Of a DNA stretch of 64,000 nucleotides, positions 24,192 to 34,806 are shown piece after piece. This DNA is from Acholeplasma sp. (GTDB lineage Bacteria; Bacillota_I; Bacilli_A; Acholeplasmatales; UBA5453). Under the pieces are notes generated by a model. That model had not been told where the DNA came from. It did no database searches and was given only the letters and a program-made list of their open reading frames with translations. The stretch's first letter is position 1, and each line of letters begins with the position of its first letter. The stretch lies in contig JAVBWN010000016.1 of NCBI GenBank assembly GCA_036677365.1, positions 1 to 64,000 on the forward strand, written 5' to 3'. A program made the translations under genes and the position numbers.

Positions 24192-24591
24192 TGGCTTCTT
24201 TTCTTTTTTCGAATTCTTGTCTCGATACTTCATTCACATGATTGACCAATTTCATGTTGATTAAGTCATCACCCACGAATCTTGGTATTAAGTGTAAATG
24301 AAAGTGAAAAACGCTTTGTGAAGCGAAAGCACCGTTGTTGCTTAAGATGTTTAAGCCTTCCGGTTTGAATGCTTTTTGGATCGCTTTCGCGACTTTGGTA
24401 GCCACTTCTAAGACTTTTCCAGAGAGATCTTCTGGCATATCAAAAATGGTTTCATATTGGGCCTTAGGGACAACCAAAGTGTGTCCTTTGGTGGCTTGGG
24501 TAATATCTAAGAATGCGATGACGAATTCGTCTTCGTACACAATGTGGGCAGGGATTTCTCGTTTGATGATTTTCGTGAATACAGATTCCAT
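24175..24591 (-). CDS. hit: HIT family nucleotide hydrolase
   Basis: GHTLVVPK and HFHLH histidine triad. Confidence 0.93.
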   Translation of the reverse strand: MESVFTKIIKREIPAHIVYEDEFVIAFLDITQATKGHTLVVPKAQYETIFDMPEDLSGKVLEVATKVAKAIQKAFKPEGLNILSNNGAFASQSVFHFHLHLIPRFVGDDLINMKLVNHVNEVSRQEFEKRKEAIKASL

Positions 24592-24761
24592 ATGTTTTTT
24601 CCTCGTTTCTTTACTTACATTATATCATAATCGTTCATCTGTAAAAGTATCACCTAAAAAAACTTAATTATGAACCTGAAACATTATTCACATTGTTTGT
24701 GCTCGAGGTTGTTTTATAAAACAAAGGGTGCTATAATTAAGCAGTAATGGAGGACTATAAC

Positions 24762-25352
24762 ATGAAAAGAATACCCGTAGGCATTTCTGGTAGACATTTA
24801 CACCTTACACAAGCACACCTTGAAGTCTTGTTTGGTAAGGATTATCAACTCACAAAAATGAAAGACTTAAGCCAACCTGGCCAATACGCAGCTGAAGAAA
24901 AAGTGGACGTATATAGCCCTGCTGGTAAGTTGATTGCAGGGGTTCGTATTTTAGGACCAGTGAGACCTGCATCTCAAGTAGAAATTTCAAGAAGCGACGC
25001 AATCAGAGGTAAGTTTGTTGCCCCAGTGAGATCCAGTGGTGACGTGAAGGGTTCCGGCCCATGCAAACTCGTTGGACCTAAAGGCGAAGTTGAGTTATCT
25101 GAAGGTGTGATTGTTGCAGATAGACACATCCACTTCTCCTTAGAAGAAGCGGCTGAGTTTGGTGTTAAAGATGGCGATAAAGTGTCCATTTTCATCGATA
25201 ACAACAAAGGTGGTTTACTCAATAACGTCTTATGCCGTGTATCCCCTAAGTTTGCTTTAGACTGCCATCTAGATACCGATGATGGTGCAGCATTTGAACT
25301 CAATACAGGCGATACTTGCATCCTTGTAAAATCCTACAAAATCAACGAATAA
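24762..25352 (+). CDS. pduL: PduL-type phosphate acyltransferase
   Basis: SGRHLHL, LSQPGQYA, VRILGP, RHIH, HLDTDD; ATG 24762 after GGAGG. Confidence 0.92.
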   Translation: MKRIPVGISGRHLHLTQAHLEVLFGKDYQLTKMKDLSQPGQYAAEEKVDVYSPAGKLIAGVRILGPVRPASQVEISRSDAIRGKFVAPVRSSGDVKGSGPCKLVGPKGEVELSEGVIVADRHIHFSLEEAAEFGVKDGDKVSIFIDNNKGGLLNNVLCRVSPKFALDCHLDTDDGAAFELNTGDTCILVKSYKINE

Positions 25353-25391
25353 GTCCTTCACAGGGCTTTTTCTTCTTCAAGGAGGGACCCC

Positions 25392-26609
25392 ATGTTTCCT
25401 AAACTCGAACGTAAGAAAGTATTCAGAGACCCACTCTATGGTTACATCTATGTGACTGAAGCGGTCATCTCTGAATTGATCGATACCAAAGAATTTCAAC
25501 GCTTAAGAAGAATTCGACAACTCTCTGGGGTGTCGATGGTTTTCCACGGCGCAGAACATTCACGATTCTCACACTCTTTGGGTGTCTATAGTCTCGCGCT
25601 GAATGTCTTAGAAGAAGTCGATATCTTAAAACAAAAACTCTCTGAATACGAACAAATCGTATTTTTGGCCAGTGCACTCCTTCATGATGTGGGGCACGGC
25701 CCTTACTCCCATGCTTTTGAGCATGTCTTTAAAGTGCGTCATGAAAAATCAACAGCACGCATCATCACAGGCGAAACTGAAATCAAAACGGTGTTGGATA
25801 ATTATGATGTGAATCTTGCTTCAGACATCGCCAGTGTCATTTTGAAGGCTGGAAAATTTCCAATCATTGAACAGCTCATTTCCTCTCAACTCGATGTCGA
25901 CCGCATGGACTATTTAGAAAGAGATGCCTTCCATACGGGGGCAGCTTATGGTCGATTGGATAAAGACCGCATCATCCGTATGCTCACGATTGTAGATAAC
26001 CAAGTGGTGTTTAAAGAAGGCGCAATCCACGCGATAGAAAACTATTTAATGAGTCGTTACCACATGTATTGGCAAGTTTATTACCACCCGGTGGCTAGAA
26101 GTTATGAAGTCATGCTAGAATCGATTTATAAACGTATTTTAGACCTGATTAAAAGCCATCAGTTGAACGATGAATACGCCGATTACTTAAAAACAATTAT
26201 TGAAAATGGCTTCGAAGAAAACGCCTATTTCGAATTGGATGATTATTATGTTAATGGCTTAATTAAGCGTTTTTCACATTGTGATGATTTGATATTAAAC
26301 GAATTGTGCAATGAATTTTTAAAAAGGAAACTCTTCAAATATATCTCCGTGAATGACAATCAACAAGCGATTTTTAAAGACATCATCGATGGGCACCATT
26401 TGACCCCATATGAATATAAAATAGATTACATTTCTCAAGCAACTTACCTTGTGGATGAGTTTGATATCGCGGTTTCGAAAATCCTCATACTTTCAAAAGA
26501 TGGTGAACTCAAAACCCTAGACCAAATCTCACCAATCATCCGAGGTTTGTCCACATCCGGCATCAAGTCTGACCAAAAATTATATTATAGGGATAAAACA
26601 CATGCCTGA
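25392..26609 (+). CDS. HD-domain phosphohydrolase (YwfO/dNTPase-like)
   Basis: FQRLRRIRQL, HSRFSHSLG, LLHDVGHGPYSH, DVDRMDYL. Confidence 0.9.
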   Translation: MFPKLERKKVFRDPLYGYIYVTEAVISELIDTKEFQRLRRIRQLSGVSMVFHGAEHSRFSHSLGVYSLALNVLEEVDILKQKLSEYEQIVFLASALLHDVGHGPYSHAFEHVFKVRHEKSTARIITGETEIKTVLDNYDVNLASDIASVILKAGKFPIIEQLISSQLDVDRMDYLERDAFHTGAAYGRLDKDRIIRMLTIVDNQVVFKEGAIHAIENYLMSRYHMYWQVYYHPVARSYEVMLESIYKRILDLIKSHQLNDEYADYLKTIIENGFEENAYFELDDYYVNGLIKRFSHCDDLILNELCNEFLKRKLFKYISVNDNQQAIFKDIIDGHHLTPYEYKIDYISQATYLVDEFDIAVSKILILSKDGELKTLDQISPIIRGLSTSGIKSDQKLYYRDKTHA

Positions 26610-27141
26610 GATCATCGTCGTAGAAGGTAGACACGATTATCAAAAAATCAAAGCCGTTTTACCCGATGTAGATATACTCATCACCAATGGTTCTGCCATT
26701 GAAGAGTCGTTCTTACAACAACTAGAAAGATTGTCTTTAACACATGACATCATCGTGTTTGTGGACGCCGATAATTCGGGTGAACGTTTAAGAAGAATCA
26801 TCAGCAAAAGAATTCCCTCAGTAAAACACGCCTTCATTGAAAGGCAACTATCTTTATCCAGCAATGAAAAGAAAGTCGGCATTGAACACGCCGACCATGA
26901 AACCATCCTAAAAGCACTCCAATTGAAAAAGAGTGCGAAACCAGGATCGGATATCACAAAACATTTTCTCATCGAAAAAGGGTTAATCGGTGAAAATGAA
27001 TCTCGAATGAAACGACTCTTTTTGTGTGAAGCGTTGAATATAGGTTATGTCAACGGTAAGGGTCTATTTCAACGTTTATCGTTATTCGGGATTACAAAAC
27101 ACACGGTGAAGGAGGTTCTCGATGGATACCAATCGTCCTAA
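26602..27141 (+). CDS. rnmV: Ribonuclease M5
   Basis: IIVVEGRHD, DADNSGE, VGIEHA; precedes rsmA. Confidence 0.9.
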   Translation: MPEIIVVEGRHDYQKIKAVLPDVDILITNGSAIEESFLQQLERLSLTHDIIVFVDADNSGERLRRIISKRIPSVKHAFIERQLSLSSNEKKVGIEHADHETILKALQLKKSAKPGSDITKHFLIEKGLIGENESRMKRLFLCEALNIGYVNGKGLFQRLSLFGITKHTVKEVLDGYQSS

Positions 27142-27931
27142 AAAGAAGTTTGGACAAAACTTTTTACAAAGCGATGTCATCTTAAAAAAAATCATCCACG
27201 ATTCTAATGTCACAGTTGATGACCACATCATCGAAATCGGACCTGGTCGAGGGGCACTGACGAAATACTTGGTTAAAGCAGCCAAGACATTGACTGCATT
27301 TGAAATCGATACGACACTTTCTAGTTATTTAAACCCACTAGAACTGTTGAATCCTAATTTTAAAGTGGTATATCAAGACATCCTTGAAGTCGATTTGGAT
27401 GCTTATATCGGTAAAGAGATTGGATCTCGAGTCAAAGTCATCGCCAACATCCCTTATTACATCACCAGTCCAATCATCTTTAAACTTTTAGAGTCACCCT
27501 TGGTCAGTGAAGCGACACTGCTCATTCAAAAAGAAGTGGCGGACAGACTGGTTGCGAACGAAAAATCCGGGGATTATGGTTCGTTATCGATCATGATCAA
27601 CTATCAAGCCGAAGTTAAAAAACTCATCCAAGTGAAACGCACGGCTTTTTACCCTGTACCGAATGTCGATTCAACGGTCATTCAAATCATCAAACATAGA
27701 AAATACCAAGATCAAATCCAAGACGAATCTTTATTCAAAACACTGGTCAAAGCGGCGTTCACTCAAAAACGTAAAACACTCATCAATAACTTAATCGGAT
27801 TAACGGAAGGTTCAAAAGAAGCTTTGTTGGCTAAACTAAAGTCCATCGATCCTAAATATGATGCTTTCACTAGAGCTGAAAGCTTATCCATTGAAGACTT
27901 CATCTTGTTATCCAACCGGTGGTCATCATGA
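27122..27931 (+). CDS. rsmA: 16S rRNA dimethyltransferase RsmA/KsgA
   Basis: KKFGQNFL, EIGPGRG, ANIPYYITS. Confidence 0.96.
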   Translation: MDTNRPKKKFGQNFLQSDVILKKIIHDSNVTVDDHIIEIGPGRGALTKYLVKAAKTLTAFEIDTTLSSYLNPLELLNPNFKVVYQDILEVDLDAYIGKEIGSRVKVIANIPYYITSPIIFKLLESPLVSEATLLIQKEVADRLVANEKSGDYGSLSIMINYQAEVKKLIQVKRTAFYPVPNVDSTVIQIIKHRKYQDQIQDESLFKTLVKAAFTQKRKTLINNLIGLTEGSKEALLAKLKSIDPKYDAFTRAESLSIEDFILLSNRWSS

Positions 27932-28731
27932 CTGAAAAAGCGTATGCCAAACTCAATTTAATCCTCGACATCGTCGGAAAAAGACCTGATGGTTATCACG
28001 AACTGAAGAGTTTGATGATTCCGATTGATTTTTATGATGAGCTCACCTTTATGCCGAGTGATACCGTTGAACTTATCTCCAATATCGAGATATTAAACAA
28101 TGCGATCCTCAAAACGGTTCAATTGATTCAAGATACCTACCACATCCAAAAAGGGGCCAAAATCATCTTAAACAAAAGAATCCCAATTGGTGCTGGTTTG
28201 GCTGGCGGGTCTGCTGACATATCCGCTACCATCCGTGGATTGAATCGTTTATGGGCATTGAATTTATCTTTGGATGAACAAGCATATCTAGCCAATCAAC
28301 TGGGTTCAGACACCTTATTTTGCTTACACAATCACCGCGCCATCATTACTGGGCGTGGCGATCACATCCACCTGATACCCAACCATCCAAGGATTGAAAA
28401 CATTACATTGGTATGTCCAAAACTGGCGATACTCACCAAAGATGTGTTTGGGGTCTTTAAAAAGGAAACCCACCGTGAATTTGATTATCATGTCATGAAC
28501 TATTTGAACACAAGAGACGAATCCATGTTGTATAATGACCTATTCGATCCTGCGTGCTTGGTGTCACCAAGACTCCATCAAATTTATATGTACCTGATCC
28601 ATGTAGGACTAAAACCACACCTTTCTGGTAGTGGTTCTACCCTATTCTTATTCAACTTAAATGAAAGTCAAAAAGCCTTACTTAAAAAGATTCAAGACAT
28701 CGAAATCATCGATACAAAAGAACATCAATAA
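27928..28731 (+). CDS. ispE: 4-diphosphocytidyl-2-C-methyl-D-erythritol kinase
   Basis: AYAKLNL, KRIPIGAGLAGGSAD, LSGSGST; follows rsmA. Confidence 0.9.
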   Translation: MTEKAYAKLNLILDIVGKRPDGYHELKSLMIPIDFYDELTFMPSDTVELISNIEILNNAILKTVQLIQDTYHIQKGAKIILNKRIPIGAGLAGGSADISATIRGLNRLWALNLSLDEQAYLANQLGSDTLFCLHNHRAIITGRGDHIHLIPNHPRIENITLVCPKLAILTKDVFGVFKKETHREFDYHVMNYLNTRDESMLYNDLFDPACLVSPRLHQIYMYLIHVGLKPHLSGSGSTLFLFNLNESQKALLKKIQDIEIIDTKEHQ

Positions 28732-28760
28732 TTGTTATAATGAAATGGGGGTAATGTCAT

Positions 28761-29738
28761 ATGTCAATCATCGATGGAAAGAAAGTCAAACTGTTTAGTT
28801 TGTCATCCAACAAAAAACTAGCACAAGAAATCAGTGAGGAATCCGGGATTCCACTATCGGAATGTGAAGTCACTCGATTCGCAGACGGCGAAATTGGTGT
28901 CAACATTACAGAATCGGTTCGAGGACATCACGTGTTCGTGATTCAACCAACCTCAAAACCAGTCAATGATCACATCATGGAAGTACTCATTTTCACAGAC
29001 GCACTCAAACGTGCTTCTGCAGCGAGTATCACCATCATCATGCCTTATTATGGTTATTCTAGACAAGACCGTAAAGCGAAATCGAGACAACCGATCACAG
29101 CGAAATTGGTCGCTGACCTCTTACAAGTGGCAGGTGTAGACCGCGTCATTTGTATTGACTTACATGCAGCACAAATCCAAGGGTTCTTCGATATTCCAAT
29201 CGACAACTTCCCAGGGATGCCACTATTAGCAAGCTACTTCTTAAAATGTAAATTAGAAAACGTCACCATCGTGTCCCCTGACCATGGTGGTGTGACCAGA
29301 GCACGAAGCTTCGCGAAGTTCTTCAACGCCCCAATCGCCATCATTGATAAACGTAGACCAGAAGCGAATAAAGCTGAAGTCATGAATATCATTGGGGATG
29401 TGGCAGGCAGAACATGTATCATGGTCGATGACATCATCGACACCGGTGGTACATTGATGGCCGGCGCACAAGCCTTGGTCGACGCTGGCGCGAAAGAAGT
29501 TTACGCAGCTGCAACCCACCCACTCTTCTCCGATAACGCCATCATGCGTTTACAACAATCGGCGATTAAGAAAGTCGTTGTGACGAATACCGTCGTCATT
29601 GAAGACTTAAAGAAATACGATAAAATCACGCAACTATCGATTGGTCAACTCTTAGGTAGAGCTGTCATCAACATCATCGATGATGAACCAATCAGCCAAA
29701 TCTTCGAACAAATTTACGAAACCCACAAAGAGGAATAA
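28761..29738 (+). CDS. prs: Ribose-phosphate pyrophosphokinase
   Basis: [28 protein letters not shown]. Confidence 0.98.
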   Translation: MSIIDGKKVKLFSLSSNKKLAQEISEESGIPLSECEVTRFADGEIGVNITESVRGHHVFVIQPTSKPVNDHIMEVLIFTDALKRASAASITIIMPYYGYSRQDRKAKSRQPITAKLVADLLQVAGVDRVICIDLHAAQIQGFFDIPIDNFPGMPLLASYFLKCKLENVTIVSPDHGGVTRARSFAKFFNAPIAIIDKRRPEANKAEVMNIIGDVAGRTCIMVDDIIDTGGTLMAGAQALVDAGAKEVYAAATHPLFSDNAIMRLQQSAIKKVVVTNTVVIEDLKKYDKITQLSIGQLLGRAVINIIDDEPISQIFEQIYETHKEE

Positions 29739-30310
29739 TGAAACTCATCGTTGGTTTAGGTAATCCAGGTAGAGAATACGAACACACCAGACACAATGTT
29801 GGGTTTGAGGTATTGGATCTTCTTGCAAAAGAACTCGGTGCTTCATTCAAACTCGACAAGGCGTTTAAGGGGTATATCGCTACCCTGAATGTTGGTGAAG
29901 AAAAAGTGATTTTATTGAAACCCACCACCTTCATGAACCTATCCGGCGAGTCGGTCATCGCCGTCGTCAATTTCTATAAAGTGCCCATAGACGATGTCCT
30001 CATCATTTATGACGATGTCGCGTTAGACTTAGCGAGATTGCGTCTACGGGAATCGGGTTCTGCAGGTGGACACAACGGCGTTAAGAGTTTGATTGCACAC
30101 CTAGGCACTCAAGCATTCAAACGCATAAGAGTCGGTATATCCGGTACTGATAAATCCCTCTGTTCACACGTTTTAGGCAAATTCAACAAAGACGAAAAAC
30201 CCCTCATGCAAATCAGTTATCATCACGCCAGTGATGCAGCTAAAGATTTCATCAAAGGGTTAAAATTCGTTGATATCATGACCAAATACAACACCCCGGG
30301 GGTCTCTTAG
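29738..30310 (+). CDS. pth: Peptidyl-tRNA hydrolase
   Basis: LIVGLGNPG, TRHNVGF, MNLSG, GGHNG. Confidence 0.98.
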   Translation: MKLIVGLGNPGREYEHTRHNVGFEVLDLLAKELGASFKLDKAFKGYIATLNVGEEKVILLKPTTFMNLSGESVIAVVNFYKVPIDDVLIIYDDVALDLARLRLRESGSAGGHNGVKSLIAHLGTQAFKRIRVGISGTDKSLCSHVLGKFNKDEKPLMQISYHHASDAAKDFIKGLKFVDIMTKYNTPGVS

Positions 30311-30342
30311 ACCCTCCGGTTTTGCACGTCTAGAGGTGACTT

Positions 30343-33300
30343 ATGAAGGCATTTTTACAGTATTTCAAACAATTGATACCCAACAAACAAATCATCCAAA
30401 CCGCTAAAGATTTGGTGATCAATCAGACGAATGACCATTACAATATGACACTCATCGCCTGTGATTTTATCGAGAACAACCACTCGATTTTTGTCGTTTT
30501 ACCAAACCTCTATATGGCACAACAATATTACGATGGCCTATCGAATCTTCTTTCGAATGAGGATGTTTTATTTTACCCTTCCGACGAAGTATTGACCTCG
30601 TTATTGGCATTGACTTCGATTGAATTCAAAATCGAACGTATCTACACGATTGGTACCTTATTGAAGGGTGTGAAGAAAGTCGTCATCACCCATCAAACCG
30701 CCGTCATCAAAAAACAAAGAAGCCCACTATATTGGGAAGAAGCTTCGAGAACCTTAAAAGTAGGTGACCCAATCAACCAATCGGTATTTATTAACTACTT
30801 GGTTGACCACGGCTACAAGCGGGAATACACCGTCATTAAAACCGGTAAATTCGCTGTTCGTGGCGACATCATCGATTTGTTCCCGATTGGTAGCGAAACA
30901 CCGTATCGTTTGGACATTGGGTTTGATGAAATCGAAAAGATTAAACTCTTTAGACCGGACACCCAAGTCTCTTTTGGTCAAACTGAAGAAATCAACATCT
31001 TACCGATGAACGAGCTCTTTTTCAGTGACGCTGAAAAAGAAGGGGTCGTCGATCGTGTCGAAGCCTTTATGGCGAAACACAAATTATCTGATTTGGAATC
31101 GAAGAAGTTCAATCAAGATTTAGATAAGTTGTATCAACGGATGGATTTAGATGCTTTGACGTATTTTATACCATTCTTCAAGGATACAGAATACACTGTT
31201 TTAGACTTTGCCCATAAAAAGAAAATCTACATCGTAGATAAACATAAGATGGCTAAAAACGATGACCGAATGTTGTTAGACTTAGAAGAATATGTCAAAA
31301 CTTACCATGGTAGAACTTTTTTAAACATCCCGTTTTATCAATCCTTAGCGCATATCTATGAATACCCACATATTGAAATCTCGGGATTTACTCCCATCAA
31401 TTCAACCACTGCGATCACGGTGCACGCGAGAGATGAAATCACTTATCAAGGAAACCATGACGCATTCATTGAACGGGTCCTCAAAGAACAAGATACTTAC
31501 GTGATATCGATCATCCAAGAGTTCCGATTAAAACGACTCGAAGAATTGTTAGAACATAAAAACATCACTTATGTGGTCAACCCAGCGGAGATTGAACCCA
31601 AGTGTGTCAATATCCTTTATGGGGTATCATTATACGCCTTTGACTTAATCAAACACGGGTTCCATGTCTTAAATGAATCCGATATTTTTGATTATAAAAA
31701 CAACAAACGAAAAATCCGCTACAAATCGGTCATGTCTGAAGCGATTAAAATCTCAGACATCACCGATTTAAAGGTCGGGGATTTTGTCGTGCATTATGAT
31801 TACGGGATTGGACAATACTTAGGCTTAAAATCGATGGAACTATCGGGTTCGATGCGCGATTACTTGCACATCGCTTATCAAGGGACCGATTACTTATACA
31901 TTCCAGTCGATCAAATTGAGAAGGTTTTAAAGTATTCATCCAAAGACGGACACGAACCGAAACTGACCCAATTGGGTACGAACTCATGGGCAAATACCAA
32001 AAAGAAAGTTAAAGCGAAACTCAATGACATTTCCGATAAACTCATCGCTTTATATTCCGAACGTGAACAAGCCAAAGGGTACAGTTTTGATAAAGACAAT
32101 GAGATGCAAAAACAGTTTGAAGCTGCCTTTGAATACGATGAAACCATCGACCAATTGAAGTCGATTGATTCAGTTAAACAAGATATGGAATCTCAAAAAC
32201 CAATGGATAGACTCCTCATTGGCGATGTCGGTTATGGTAAAACCGAAGTCGCGATGCGTGCCGCATTCAAAGCGGTGATGTCCGATAAACAAGTCGCTTA
32301 TTTGGTGCCTACCACCGTATTGGCGAGACAACATTATTATGCTTTCAAAAAACGGTTTGAACCGTTTGGTGTGACTGTAGAATTGTTATCACGATTTGTC
32401 ACGAATAAGGAACAAACCGATGTTTTAAAACGCTTAAAAGGCGGTTTTGTCGATGTTGTCATCGGGACACACCGATTGTTATCTAAAGACATTGGATTTA
32501 AAGATTTAGGGTTACTCATCATCGATGAAGAACAACGCTTTGGTGTGGAACACAAAGAACGCATCAAAGAGATGCGCGTCAATGTCGATTGTTTATCGTT
32601 ATCCGCTACCCCAATCCCCAGAACCTTACAAATGGCTTTGATGGGCATTAAAGACTTATCGATGATTGAAACCCCACCTTTAAACCGTTACCCCATTCAA
32701 ACCTACATCGTGGAACGTCATGACGCCATCATCAAAGAAGCGATTGAACGTGAGATATCCAGAGCTGGACAAGTTTTCTATTTATATAACCGTGTACTAG
32801 ATATGGAACTGATGGTGACGAAGATTTCAAAACTCGTCCCTGAGGCGAAAGTTTGTTTCGCCCATGGGAAGATGTCTAAAGAACAGATTGAAGATGTTTT
32901 ATCCGATTTCATCGACCGAAAATACGATGTTTTAGTATCCACAACCATCATCGAAACCGGGATTGATATTCCAAATACGAATACCTTACTGATACATGAC
33001 GCCGATCAACTGGGTCTTTCACAACTCTATCAAATTCGAGGTCGTGTTGGACGTAGTGATAAAATCGCTTATGCGTATTTAATGTATGCACGTGGTAAAC
33101 ACATGACCGAAGACGCGGAAAAACGTTTGAAAACCATTCAAGACTTCACAGAACTGGGCAGCGGATTTAAAATCGCGATGCGCGATTTATCGATCCGTGG
33201 GGCAGGGGATATTTTGGGCGGTGAACAAAGTGGCTTCATCGATACCGTTGGGATGGATATGTATCTAAAACTACTCGAAGAAACCATCGATGAAAAACGG

Positions 33301-33777
33301 GGGATTAAAAAAGAAGAACCTAAAGAAGCGATGGATATCCCGTTATCGAATCGACACATCCAAAATGAGTACATTGAAAACGATGAAGTCAGGGTGGCGA
33401 TTCATAAGCGTATCGCTGAGCTTAACACCATCAATGACGTTGAAAACCTTCGTATAGAACTCACCGACCGATTTGGTCAAGTAGATATCAATTTGGTTGA
33501 ATACATGTTTGAGAAGGTGTTTAAGAAATTGATTGCGAAACTGGGGGTAGAAAAGACCATCAAGACCAAGACCGATGTCACGTTGATTCTATCATCAGAA
33601 GCCTCAAAACGCGTCAACGGCCAATCGTTATTTATGACGACAGCGTTGGTAGACTCTACCATTAAACTTGCTTATATTCATGACCGTATTCAAATCACAC
33701 TCATCATTCAAAATAAGCAAAAACATTATCTTGAAGAATTCATTGAGTATTTATCGATTGTCACGCAACATATGTAA
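30343..33777 (+). CDS. mfd: Transcription-repair coupling factor
   Basis: CarD/TRCF VVHYDYGIG, GDVGYGKT, DEEQRFG, QIRGRVGR, DLSIRGAG. Confidence 0.98.
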   Translation: MKAFLQYFKQLIPNKQIIQTAKDLVINQTNDHYNMTLIACDFIENNHSIFVVLPNLYMAQQYYDGLSNLLSNEDVLFYPSDEVLTSLLALTSIEFKIERIYTIGTLLKGVKKVVITHQTAVIKKQRSPLYWEEASRTLKVGDPINQSVFINYLVDHGYKREYTVIKTGKFAVRGDIIDLFPIGSETPYRLDIGFDEIEKIKLFRPDTQVSFGQTEEINILPMNELFFSDAEKEGVVDRVEAFMAKHKLSDLESKKFNQDLDKLYQRMDLDALTYFIPFFKDTEYTVLDFAHKKKIYIVDKHKMAKNDDRMLLDLEEYVKTYHGRTFLNIPFYQSLAHIYEYPHIEISGFTPINSTTAITVHARDEITYQGNHDAFIERVLKEQDTYVISIIQEFRLKRLEELLEHKNITYVVNPAEIEPKCVNILYGVSLYAFDLIKHGFHVLNESDIFDYKNNKRKIRYKSVMSEAIKISDITDLKVGDFVVHYDYGIGQYLGLKSMELSGSMRDYLHIAYQGTDYLYIPVDQIEKVLKYSSKDGHEPKLTQLGTNSWANTKKKVKAKLNDISDKLIALYSEREQAKGYSFDKDNEMQKQFEAAFEYDETIDQLKSIDSVKQDMESQKPMDRLLIGDVGYGKTEVAMRAAFKAVMSDKQVAYLVPTTVLARQHYYAFKKRFEPFGVTVELLSRFVTNKEQTDVLKRLKGGFVDVVIGTHRLLSKDIGFKDLGLLIIDEEQRFGVEHKERIKEMRVNVDCLSLSATPIPRTLQMALMGIKDLSMIETPPLNRYPIQTYIVERHDAIIKEAIEREISRAGQVFYLYNRVLDMELMVTKISKLVPEAKVCFAHGKMSKEQIEDVLSDFIDRKYDVLVSTTIIETGIDIPNTNTLLIHDADQLGLSQLYQIRGRVGRSDKIAYAYLMYARGKHMTEDAEKRLKTIQDFTELGSGFKIAMRDLSIRGAGDILGGEQSGFIDTVGMDMYLKLLEETIDEKRGIKKEEPKEAMDIPLSNRHIQNEYIENDEVRVAIHKRIAELNTINDVENLRIELTDRFGQVDINLVEYMFEKVFKKLIAKLGVEKTIKTKTDVTLILSSEASKRVNGQSLFMTTALVDSTIKLAYIHDRIQITLIIQNKQKHYLEEFIEYLSIVTQHM

Positions 33778-33920
33778 TATAGGTCGTTTGTAACGAACAA
33801 AAACACTATAAACACAGTTTTCATACACCTTTAGCGAACAAAAAAACACGATTAATTGACCATGAACTGACGCTTCCTCATTAAAAAGCACCTTCATGAT
33901 GGCTTATCGTGTTTTTAGTT

Positions 33921-34307
33921 TTATTCGATGGCTACAAATTGACGTACATCAATGATTGGCAATACTAATGGGGGTAGTATTGCAGCTGAAACAACAGAAT
34001 TAATTGCTGATCTCATGAAAGGGAAAATCATTTGAATAGCATTTACATTTAGATATGTATCAATCTCTTCTCTAGATGAATACTCTTTTAACGTAAATTG
34101 AGTCTCGAACTCAACACTGATATCCAGTGGAAATGGATTAGTGGGTGTGTTCTTTATCTCAACTACTAACGTTAGTTTGAACTTATCATCGCCTAGGTCG
34201 GTAATCTTTTTATAATAATTAGGTAATATCTTGAAATTTTCTCCACTTAAGCAATTATCAAGCAGGGTGATTTTCTTTGCATGGATGTTGGTGTGGTTGA
34301 TTTTCAT
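33921..34307 (-). CDS. SecB-like chaperone (TAC third component)
   Basis: NAIQMIFPFMRSAINSVV...PPLVLPIID SecB-like C-terminus; ATG 34307 after GGAGG. Confidence 0.85.
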   Translation of the reverse strand: MKINHTNIHAKKITLLDNCLSGENFKILPNYYKKITDLGDDKFKLTLVVEIKNTPTNPFPLDISVEFETQFTLKEYSSREEIDTYLNVNAIQMIFPFMRSAINSVVSAAILPPLVLPIIDVRQFVAIE

Positions 34308-34716
34308 AGTACATTCCTCCTTGATAGTTGTAAACATTATTTTGTTGTTTATTATTAAAAACACGATTATAGTAGAACTCTATATCCTCTCTAAACTCGG
34401 TTATTTTAGAAAACAGAATTTGGTCGATATCAAGTTTATGGTCATTGAGTGTCAATTTTAGTCCCAATGCGTCAGTAATCTTTATGATTGTATCAAGCTG
34501 TGGGGAATTTGTATTATTTTCAATTCTCGCTATAGCGGGTTGTTTTAACCCAGTCATTTCAGCCAATTGTTTTTGACTTATTCCTTTGCTTTTTCTGGTG
34601 TTAACAATAGTTTCAATTAATTCTTTTTCAATTCTGTAAAGATCTCCCCATTTTTTTAGTGTTTCATCGTTTCTTTCAACATCGTCTAAAAATGTAAAGA
34701 TATTATTTTTTTTCAT
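34258..34716 (-). CDS. HigA-like XRE HTH antitoxin with extended C-terminal tail
   Basis: GISQKQLAEMTGLKQPAIARIE HTH followed by a ~60-aa N/Q/Y-rich tail; lies between the RelE-like and SecB-like genes. Confidence 0.85.
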   Translation of the reverse strand: MKKNNIFTFLDDVERNDETLKKWGDLYRIEKELIETIVNTRKSKGISQKQLAEMTGLKQPAIARIENNTNSPQLDTIIKITDALGLKLTLNDHKLDIDQILFSKITEFREDIEFYYNRVFNNKQQNNVYNYQGGMYYENQPHQHPCKENHPA

Positions 34717-34806
34717 TTTTGCTCCTCTACCTTATCTTTATTTGCATTAACAAATGAGTATTCAAATGAACCATATATAAGTATAACAAAAAACAATTTA
34801 GGGTTA

